Shown one piece after another: positions 23,601 to 33,000 of a DNA stretch of 64,000 nucleotides (positions are counted from its first letter, which is position 1; every line of letters starts with the position of its first letter). This stretch comes from Eutreptiella sp. 'Long Island Sound 2002' (taxonomy: Eukaryota > Protista > Euglenida), in contig OZ038378.1 of NCBI GenBank assembly GCA_964036045.1, forward strand, positions 156,736,001 to 156,800,000, in the 5' to 3' direction. A model generated the notes under the pieces. The model was not told the origin of the DNA and did no database searches. It saw nothing but the letters and a program-made list of their open reading frames with translations. The translations under genes and the position numbers were made by a program.

Positions 23601-24632
23601 GCAGCGGCGTGGATGCCTGCAGTATTGCGGATGCAGTAGTACGGATGCCTGTTCTGGGCACTGTGCATGACGTTGGGAGGGGAGTTGGCTCCTGGACATC
23701 TTCCCCAATGTGCATTGGGCCCGAGTGTGACCGGGCATGGGGCTCCCCTGTACATCTTCCCCCACCCTTTGAAGTTTTACCCTTCGGAAGGGGAGTGAGC
23801 CCGAGTGCGACCGGGCGTGGGGTCCCCCGGCAGCGGAGTATGGATGGTGCAAACAGGACAAGGCGGACCGCGCACACCACAAATGGCGCAGAACGCAGAA
23901 GGGAATCGCGTATCACAGGCGTAGCTCCCAGGTAGGCCTCGGTGAAGGAAGGCCTTGTAGAGTGTGAGGGCCTACCACAGCTCCGTTGCACTACATCTTG
24001 GGGGTACAAACCTGACATCCTAAGGTGCCGGCCTGCACCCGGGATAGGTAGTTTCACTGGTGCAAAAAAATGACCACAAACCCCTAATAGTTCAGTATAT
24101 TTCTGAAGACAATAGTTTTTGACCCTGCTGTTTTTTGAAATCGAATTTTTAGGCGCCAACGGGCCAAGGTTTCACTGTCAACAGTGAAACTCGAGGTGAA
24201 AGGCCACATTATATGCCACTTTGGGCCGTATCCAACCCCTCCCACCTGTCTACAACCCCCCCCCCCTTGGGTGTTGGTGGTGGTTCATTTGGGTGTGATG
24301 GAGTATGCATGGACCCAAGTGAGGTTAACAGTGCAAGGTAGTTTCACTGTCAACAGTGAAACTACCTGTCCTGCAAGGTAGTTTCACTGTCAACAGTGAA
24401 ACTACTTTGCACTGGAACAATTGTGCTGATACCTCAAGGTCCCGGTGGAGTACCTGTCTTACTGACCGGGCTAGGAATATGGTGTTTCACCACTTGGTCA
24501 CCAATATCCTACCAAACATGTCAAAAAAATAGCAGTTTGGTAGTGTTAGATGAGTTACCCTTCTCAACGGGGCACTTGCCGTGCCTAGTGGGTGACCACG
24601 TGGTGGTGCGATATGCCACCTGGTGGCTAGGC

Positions 24633-24711
24633 TGGGGACGTAGCGGGATTCGAACCTAGCCCCCCACTGGGACGAGACGAGGTGGTTATCTACTGGACCA
24701 CACGACGGTCC
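24633..24711 (-). ncRNA. tRNA-like/SINE-head relic
   Basis: The - strand has an A-box-like tggtccagtag, a B-box ggttcgaatcc, ggac...gtcc acceptor-like pairing and a 3' CCA. T and anticodon stems are imperfect. Confidence 0.35.
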
Positions 24712-25865
24712 GGTGATATTTCCGGTTCCGTTTTTTACAGCCTTTTTCAAAAAAATATTTCCTTTTACTCGTTTTTCCTGCTTATCCATTAACACCACAG
24801 TATGGGAAACAGTTTCACTGTTAACAGTGAAACTGTTTGAGGCCTCTTACTCACTTACTTTGTCATCTCATCCACCCAGGCCACGTTATCACACGTAGTT
24901 TCAGTGTCAACAGTGAATCTACTTTTGGTCATCAAGTACATATGGTAAGTTCCTGCAGCTATGTGCCCTTGTGCTTCCTTGTGCTTGTGCCGTGGTGGGG
25001 GGACAGCGGGGTACCAGAGGAGGATGTTATTGCAGTTGTACCCCCCCATTGTGCCACCATTCCATGTGTTGTTCTCTTGCCTTTCAGGTGGTTGGCCTGC
25101 ACAGCACCGAAGCACTGAGACTTTCACTGTCAACAGTGAAACCAACTGCCACCACTCCCTGTTAGGAACATGCTGTGTTCAAGCTCTTCCGCGGCATGCT
25201 ACTCGCAAAGCCGATGATAGTGGCAAAAACGGTCCCCAATGCAAGGGCTATGACAACACTAACCAAGGAACAGCGGCTTGAGTTGCGGGGAAGTGGTTTT
25301 GTACTCTTGCGGGAACCACCATTGGCCAACCGGGTTGCCTTTGCAAAAGAGAGGATCCGCCAAGAAATGACACAAGGATTATGTGACATGGGCACACCAA
25401 TTTTGCAAGAGCCTCCATTTTTTAGCAGCCTGCGGGGAGCAAGGAGGTGCCAGAAGTGGGAGAAAAGCAGCCCCAAACAGTACCAAATTGCATGCCCCAG
25501 GCACCTCTTCTAATGGGGTTTCACTGTCAACAGTGAAAGTGTGCTGCAGGCGATTCGGTTCAAAGGACCATTTGCCTTTGGTTGTCACTGGAGCATTAGT
25601 TTTAGTACTTCACTATCACGCAAGATGCTGGGTTCAGCTTATTTTGCCTGTTTTCAATTTGCTGAATATGTTGTTGAACACAAGACACAAGGCAACTATC
25701 AGTTCTTAAAACTAACATTGTGTCAACTGGTGCTGCAACATAATGCTTCCTGCTCCTCATTTACTTGTAGTGGTTCCTTCTGCCAAGGGATGCACAATAA
25801 AGACTGAAATTAATTGTGCACTATTCTTTATGGCCGAACCCTACCATGAATCATATCATGCTAGC

Positions 25866-26475
25866 CCTTTTTGAATGTGCGGTACATGGACGGACACACA
25901 TACAACAGGCAGGAGGAATCAAAGAGAATGGTGTGAAGGCTGATGCATGAACACAGGCAAGGAAGCTAGCATCAGAAGTTCCTTGACACCCTGTTCCCTG
26001 GCACCAGCATTCCAAAAAACTAGACTCTCCGAGGAGGTTTCACTGTTGACAGTGAAACTGTCTGCCCAGAAGCTACCTCATCCCGTGCTGTCGATTCTGT
26101 GGTTCATGTGCCCCCAACTGTCCTCAAACCTACCTTCAATGCCGTTAGTGTCGATGCAAAACCAGCTCCCGCGAAGGCAACAAGGAACAAGAAGGGGAAG
26201 GCCAAGCCCCTTGCCAAGGCAGGTGCCAAGCGGCCGACTGAGCAAACCACCCTCACCCAGATGGACCTAGAGAATACCGTGGATTTACACAGCATTGACA
26301 AGGGCCAGTAGCAAGCAATTGCAGCGCAGCTTTAGGACGCAAACAACGTGGGATCCGGCGGACGAGGAGCCCCCGGGTTGAAGCGGAAACCCAAAGTCCC
26401 TGCCGTGACCATCCCCAGTGTGGCTCAGCTTGAGCAAGCTTCCCGGAGGACCCGCAAGTGCAAAGCAGTAGGCTG
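25866..26475 (+). pseudogene. Degenerate ORF inside the TIR element, reading in frame through palindrome 8
   Basis: NVRYMDGHTYNRQEESKRMV*RLMHEHRQGS*HQKFLDTLFPGTSIPKN*TLRGG-FTVDSET-VCPE...KATRNKKGKAKPLAK...GQ*QAIAAQL*DANN...RKCKAVG*. One frame with 5 internal stops; family unknown. Confidence 0.45.
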
Positions 26476-27570
26476 AATGGGAGGACCTGTCAGTTGTGCT
26501 TTTTTGAGAACTGCTTCTGGTTGTACTGTTGCTGCCCTAACAATGTCTGCTGGTTTGCTGGGTTATCACACCGTACTTTCACTGTCAACTGTGAAACACA
26601 CATAATGACACCTGTGCCCGAAATGCTTGAAACCGGTGTTAGATTTTTTCCTGTCACTGCACTGCTCTGTGATGACCTACTACACACAGTTTGGTCCGGA
26701 AGTCCACTATGTGCTTTTGTTTTTCAACAGACAGGAACAATCATTTATGAACCATAAACCGTACCCTTCAGCCTCTGTCTTGGACTGCACGGACATATGA
26801 CACTGTCCCTGTGTATTTGCACTGTACTTCACTGCAGGAGCCACGTACTGTTTATCTTCTATGTCAGTTTCACCAATAGGGTCATATATCTGCTGTATTG
26901 TTTCCACGTTGCACCTCGGAGTGCAGTATACAACTCTGTTTCACTGTTAACAATGAAACTCTCTCCCTTACTGATGTCATTTGCCAGTGACAGTATTTTT
27001 CATTACGGATATGCTTCTACAAATGCAGGTACACTGTGTGCACAAGTGTCCTACCTGTGTTTTGTGTTGCTCCTTTACATACACTCGTTTGTCTCACATG
27101 GGATGCAATGGAGGGGGGGGGGGGTTCTGGGGACGCCGTCCATCACACCTCAATGCTTCTATGTCACTTGCTGTTTCACTGTTGACAGTGAAACATTATG
27201 AAATATGGCCCCCACAGTGCGGTTTTGGGAAATTGAATTTTTATGTGAGTTTCACTGTTGGACACACAGGCCAACAGTGAAACTTTTTGTCCGTTTTCGG
27301 GGTCCCCGTCGGCCCGGGATGTCAGGTTCGTACCCCCAAGTACATTGCCAGGGTGGCCTGCAGTGGACAGTTGAGCTTGGGCCGGTAGTTCTTAGATCAC
27401 GTTCTGATCTATGGTTTAGCTCTGTTTGTGGTGTGCGTGTGTGAGTGTGTGTGGTATGCATGCGTGTGTTTTTATCGTAGTGCAATTTTTGCATTTGAGC
27501 CTGCAGACCAGACGAGGGTCACACGTAGAGTCAAACTCCGTGATCATTGGTATAGACCCGGCTAGCAGTA

Positions 27571-28611
27571 ATGTCGATGTCAGATTTCGCGGCATTTGCC
27601 AGGGGCAGTATTTGCTCCACCTTTATCGATTCGGTGCCCCTCATCGAAATTGCGAGGGCCACGTCGACAGTTGAAATGGCACTGTCGGTGTTGATGGAGA
27701 GGAGAAAGGAGTGGGAGGACACATTTACCAAAAAGTTTGGGGTGCCGGTGGATGGAGAGGTAGGGCTACCAAAAATGATAGGAGCGTTCTGTGTGATGGC
27801 GCAGTGCAACCTTGATGTGGAAGGGGTGGGTTTCGTGAAGACGGCACCACCCCCGGCCCCAACGCCTGAGCTGCAGGAGTTGAAGAAGCTGGTGGAAGAC
27901 TAGCGTATGGCCATGGAGGGGCTGAGAAAAGAGTTGGCGGAGGTCGGCGCGAAATCCCAGGCCGCAGCGAAGAGGAAGATGGCAGGGGTACCCCCTTTGA
28001 GCAAGGCAGAGCTGCTGAAGGTCCGGGAGCTGGACGCCAAGCCCCAATGGGTATATGCAAGCCTACTGGCTTTGTCCACGCTACTGTGGCGCAGAGAGGT
28101 GCCGGCCCACAAATGCGTGTCGCGCTTCCGGGATAAGGATGTCACTTTGGATGTCACTTTGGATGATCTGGCCCCAGTGATGAATTCTGATGCCGCTTAC
28201 ACCAAGGTTTGGTGTCTGGAGTCCATGGATGACAAGGAGATCGACAGGCTGAAAGCCTTCGTCCTGGCGGTGTGGACGTTTACGGCAACGTCCTTGTCTG
28301 TGTATAGAGGTAAATGGGGTCTTGACCCCAAAGGGGCGGTTGATCAGCGAGAGACGGAAGACGACGAGCCCAGTCTGCCGGCGAGATCGCAAGGCTGTAC
28401 AGGAGCCGCGGAGGAAGAGGTGGTGGCGCGAAGGCTGGCGGCCATGAAGGCGAAGTTCAAGGTCGAGGGAGACCGCAGGCTGTACACGACAAAGCCTGGG
28501 GCAGAACCAATGGATGTGACGTGCGCGCCAGTGACAGCGTGCCGGGCTTGCAAGAATGCGGGGAGAGGCATGAAACACCACTGGTTTCATGAATGCCCGG
28601 GGTTTGACTAA
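27571..28611 (+). pseudogene. Gag-like ORF of the YR retroelement (one in-frame TAG at 27901)
   Basis: ORFs 27571-27903 and 27907-28611 are in the same frame. The C-terminal CRACKNAGRGMKHHWFHEC is zinc-knuckle-like. Confidence 0.7.
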
Positions 28612-29567
28612 TGGGGGCGCTGCCCGGTTGGGCGCCAGGCAATCGAATCCCGACAAGATGTGGTGGTCTTGCAGCCGACCGACTTCCGGGATGGGGGCGA
28701 CGTGGTCTGGCGTCTGGTATGGGCAGCGTGGAGACGGCTGTGGGAGGAGGATGAGATCACCTCCGTGGATGCCCTGCAGGCGTCCTCCTAGGCGAAGAGC
28801 ACCATGGGTACGTACTGTACCCACTACAGGAAATTGGCCCTATGGGTCGGATACACACCGATCGATGGCCTGGAGACAAAAGCATGCAGGTACCTGTTCC
28901 ATCTCTGGGGCCTGGGGTATTCCAGGAGTTTCCGTAGGGGGGCGGTATCAGCAATGCGCGCATTGGAAGAAATGGGATGGCTACCGGAAATCGTTACCGG
29001 CTGGGTACGGGGGTGCGCAAAGTGGGCCACATCTGAGGCGGTGGCACGCCCCTACGCGGGTCTGGAGGAGCTCAGGAGTTTCGCGAGAGCATGTGATAGT
29101 AGGGCATAGTGGCGGCATATGTGATGGCGGTCCTATCATTTACGCGCCTCCTGCAGGTGGGCGAGGCAGCCCCCATCAGGCGTGGCGGGTCCCGCCGAAG
29201 GGGCTGGGGGTTTCACACCGTTCAATGTGACCCACACTTCGTCCGAAGGAAGCTGGGGAGCTACGGCAGGACATGCCTGCGATGGTTGGACCGAGAGGGA
29301 TCCACATCAGCGGTCCCGCTGGCACACTTCTGCCCACAAGGGGCGGCCTACCTCCAAATGGTCATGGCGAACGCCCTCAACGGATGTGAAAGCGCCCACG
29401 CGCGGTGGCATGCGTGGAGGAGGGGTGGGTCGGCGGCCTTGCGCTGGTTGGGTTTGCGGGTCAGATGGCTCGCTTGGTGGGGTCGTTGGATGTCAGAGTC
29501 AGTGGCGGCCCACTATGGTGACGCCCTAGACGATTTCATCGTGGCAGACAATGTGGAGTTGCCGTGA
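28600..29567 (+). pseudogene. Tyrosine recombinase (inactivated)
   Basis: AKSTMGTY N-terminal motif; FTRLLQVGE (catalytic R appears as Q); WHAWRRGG (HxxR); GRWMSESVAAHY (GRW...Y). Stops at ~28789 and 29107 plus a frameshift. Confidence 0.85.
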
Positions 29568-30313
29568 CCCAGTGCGCGAGGGGGCATGGAGTGGGAGTGG
29601 AGGGTTGTATCCCTCAAAGACATGCTCCCGGGGAAGCTTCTGGCCCTCTGTGTGCGAGAAAAGGATGTGGGTCCAGAAGAAGTCCTGGGGGGGGGTGGAG
29701 GGATGCGGAGGCCACCGCCGAGTCCCGTGCAGACCGCAGCCGACGAGATGAGGGGGGGGGGGGGGGGGGCAAGGAGACAGCCAACCTGCCGGGGGGTGTG
29801 ACACTGAGAGAAATGGAGAGAGTCCCGACAGAAGCGGGGACGCGAGGGTCCCGGATGCCCCTCTGGCCTTCGCGGCCGTGCAGGGGCGACCGGGGTCCGA
29901 GCGTGCTGGCGGACGTCGGGAGAGAGAAGACGTCATCGACGTCAATGCTGAGCCCCCCCCATCGGCAGGCACCTCCTCTATCTGTCGGCTCCGGATCGCG
30001 GCACACCGGACGGGTGCGGTCGCGTTGGTCTTGGGAAAGAGGAAAGCAGCAGGACCGGCCAGGCTTGTGGGGGGGGGGGGGGGTGCGGCTGCCCGAGCGG
30101 CAGTTTCCCGCCGAGTCGGCAGTGGGTCGGTGGGCTCGGGAGCGTCTGCAATGCGGTGAGTGGGATGCGTGGCTGCGTGACCTGCGTGCATGCTTGCCTA
30201 GGGCCCCGCCGGGCTTGTTGGAGCGGAGTGTGCCACCCCCCATGGGGCCTGTCACATAGGCCCTGAACAGGGCGATAGAAGCCGCGCATAACGTATTGGG
30301 TGGGACGGGTGGG

Positions 30314-30460
30314 CTGTAGGCTCAAATGCAAAAATTGCACTACAATAAAAACACATGCATGCATACCACACACACGCACACACGCACACCACAAACAGAG
30401 CTAAGATTTAGCACAAACGAAAGCACACAAGCATGGACACCGAAGCAGGCCAAACAAACT
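30314..30460 (-). repeat. Internal complementary region (reverse complement of the B-A end junction)
   Basis: rc(A) at 30314-30404, then gat, then rc(B) at 30408-30460. The junction GCTAA-gat-TTAGC is an inverted pentamer. Confidence 0.9.
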
Positions 30461-30669
30461 TGATAGTGTGCCGCCCCCCATGGGTCTGGGTCATGCCAAA
30501 AACTGCAGCAAGACATACCCACACAGCTTGTCCCTTACGGATTAAACAGGTGGGCCACGCCCACCACCGGCGGCAGGTGTCTGCCCTCATGCAGGCAATG
30601 CCTGCTCAACGTCAAGTAGACGGTGCCCAGCGGGTACACCACTCGCCACATGTGCGAGCACAGGTGGTG

Positions 30670-30984
30670 CTAGCCGGGTAGCTTCACGTTGGGGGTGCCC
30701 TCGGGGCGGAACGCCTGGGTAGGCGTCCCGTGCAGGCGCCGCGCAATGTCTAGCGCGGCGTCCCGCAGCACCGCCGGCGCGAGGGCCTCCGGGACGTCGA
30801 CCCTGAAAAAAATCTTCGTGGCCGTGCCCAGCAGCACCCGGCGCACCGGCCGGCGGGCCAGCAGCCCGCGGAGGGCCCTGCGCAGGCGCTCCCCGCCTTG
30901 CAGCCGCCTCCGGGCGGTCGCCTCCTGGGATCGCCTGTGCCGGTGTCGCCCACGGTTGCGCTTGTTGCCCTTTTTTCGTGTCAT
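30670..30984 (-). CDS. Small Arg-rich ORF (104 aa) within the YR element
   Basis: MTRKKGNKRNRGRHRHRRSQE... intact ATG to stop, downstream of RNase H on the same strand. Confidence 0.4.
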   Translation of the reverse strand: MTRKKGNKRNRGRHRHRRSQEATARRRLQGGERLRRALRGLLARRPVRRVLLGTATKIFFRVDVPEALAPAVLRDAALDIARRLHGTPTQAFRPEGTPNVKLPG

Positions 30985-31149
30985 AACGCAGGCAAAGAAA
31001 CACTAGGGCGTAGCAAATGCAAAAGCAACACACACCACTCACAGGGCTGGCTCAAGCGCACAGGAACTCGCACGCTACGTCATCGCCCCCACTGACTCCT
31101 CCAGCCTATACTGCAGGAAGACCTCATGGAAGTTCCCCCCCCCCCCCCC

Positions 31150-33000
31150 CTCATACGACCGGATTCCCGATCGCCATGCCTGCGGAAGCACAAAAGGCCC
31201 CATGGGGACGCCCAGGATCCACGAAAAACCGTTTTGCGGTCCGGAAAAGCCCACAGATCGCCTACTCTACGCATCGCAGCCTCGCGTGCCAGGCCCAGAT
31301 CCCCTGCAAACCGGCCATTCAGCCTGCTGATGGGGTCTGCCGGATTCACTGCACCATGCACCCAGTGAATGTAAACCGTAAAACCTGGGCAGGACACCCA
31401 CAGGTACCCGAAACACTTAAGCAGGCGCTGCTGGTACACACGCCCCACACTTGCTTGCACTGCAACAATTGCACCAGTGCCGCTGCATTGTCACCAAAAA
31501 CATGTGCCTCGCGGATGCCTACATTAAGAATAAATTTCAAACCCCACAGGACCGCACGCGCCTCCGCGCACTGTTGGTTTGGCGGTTGCTCAGGGGGCAC
31601 CGCGGACCGCGAACCAAGCTCCATCGAAAAAAGTCCCAACCTGTACACTCCCCCGTCGAGCGCCGCATCAACATACACAAACGCCGGCTTTCTCCGCACC
31701 TCTCTCGGCAGGGGGATCACTAACCAACCCGGCAAAGCCAACACACACACCACGCACATAGAGCGCAACAACTTGACCGGGGTAAACTGCAGACGGGGAG
31801 AGGGGGGCACAACACATGGGCCCAGACCCCCGATAAGTGAGGACTATGCGCAAATCGAGGTCTACAAATCCACTGCGCGCGCCCTAGAAACTGCCGTAAG
31901 CGCCGCACACTACACATACCGACGGACAATCTCAACCAGTGGGCCAGCAGGGCTTCCCACGCATTCCCCGCCGTCCGCAGGCTGCCCCCACCCAAGTCCA
32001 CGTCTTTTCCCAACCACACGAGGCGCGTAACCGGCTCCAAGGTGCTCTTTGGGCTTATAACTCCACCCGCCGCACGCAACGCGTGCACCGCGCGCATAGC
32101 CTGCCCACGCACGTGCCCTTTACCCCGTCCCACAATGTGCACATCGTCGATGTAAATCAAAACCAACACTCCCACCATGCCAATCTCCTCCACCAGACGT
32201 TCCAATACCTTCTGGCATAGAGTGGGGCTATACTTCCAACCAAAAGGCAGGTACCTGAACGACAAAACTCCTCTCTCACCATCCGAGATACGGAAAGCCC
32301 CCCGGGAGGCTTCCGGGAGGCGCAGCGACCAAAAACAATTACTGAGGTCAATATGGCACATACACAGTTCCTCACCCCCCCCCCCCCCCCGGGAGCCCCA
32401 GCACCTCCCAAATTGGCCGGAGACATCGGGCCCTACTATATAAAGGGGGGAGGAAAAAGGAAGACCCCTGCTGTGCCACCTGCGCCAAAAGGGCAAGGAC
32501 CTCCACTGACGGCATCGAAAATTTCTCAGGCTTCTCAGGCATCTCTCTATTCACTGGCACCAAATTCACAATTAGGCTACACTTATCAAGCGTTTTTGGG
32601 ATGGCAAAAACTCCCCCGTTCGGACCCGGTGACCCCGGCGGAATGGGGAACAACAGGTTCTGGCTACGCAAAGCATGCAACATGACTACCGCCTCGTCCG
32701 ATGGGGGCCCAACTCCTGAGAAGTGGCGGCTGGCAACCGACGCCAAGGATTCCGGCACATAACGCTCCCAAATATCAGCCGGGATAGGGATATGCCCAAC
32801 CACCCCCAGGCCCCTACTCAACACTTTGTCCCTTATGCGCTGCATCAGCGACTTCGGCGACGTAGAATCATGTAGCAGGGACTCCCAGACCCCGGAGTCC
32901 AGGGAGGACAGTGCCGTTGCAATCAAGGGCAGGAAATCCGGCTGCCGTAGGTCCCTAGCCGCCTCCACCCCCCAATCCAGAAATTGGATCAAGCGAGTTT
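31150..33000 (-). pseudogene. Reverse transcriptase - RNase H of the YR element (frameshifted)
   Basis: GGVFAIPK...LIVNLVPVN; HIDLSNCFW; LPFGWKYSP; YIDD. RNase H: VYVDAA, AEARA, GDN, WVHGAVNPADPISR. Spread over ORFs 32372-33214, 31720-32496, 31346-31810 and 31080-31460. Confidence 0.92.

Larger units (their letters stand above)
24169..27283. repeat. Dispersed array of 12 palindromes, consensus GTTTCACTGT-YR-ACAGTGAAAC (22 bp)
   Basis: Starts at 24169, 24341, 24381, 24812, 24898, 25121, 25518, 26037, 26576, 26938, 27173, plus a split copy at 27249-27283 (9-nt loop). Half-site at 24051. Not seen elsewhere in the window. Confidence 0.95.
23997..27340. mobile_element. 3344-bp TIR DNA element with a 5-bp TSD (TACAT), no recognisable transposase
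   Basis: Left: tacat|cttgggggtacaaacctgacatcc. Right: ggatgtcaggttcgtacccccaag|tacat. The TIRs match at 23/24 nt. Confidence 0.88.

Noticed and set aside
24633-24711. Functional tRNA gene
   Set aside because: T and anticodon stems do not pair properly; kept only as a relic.
24169-27283. CRISPR array (repeat starts GTTTCA and ends GAAAC)
   Set aside because: Intervening segments vary from ~18 to ~517 bp, the repeat is a full palindrome in both orientations, there are no cas genes, and the context is a eukaryotic intron.
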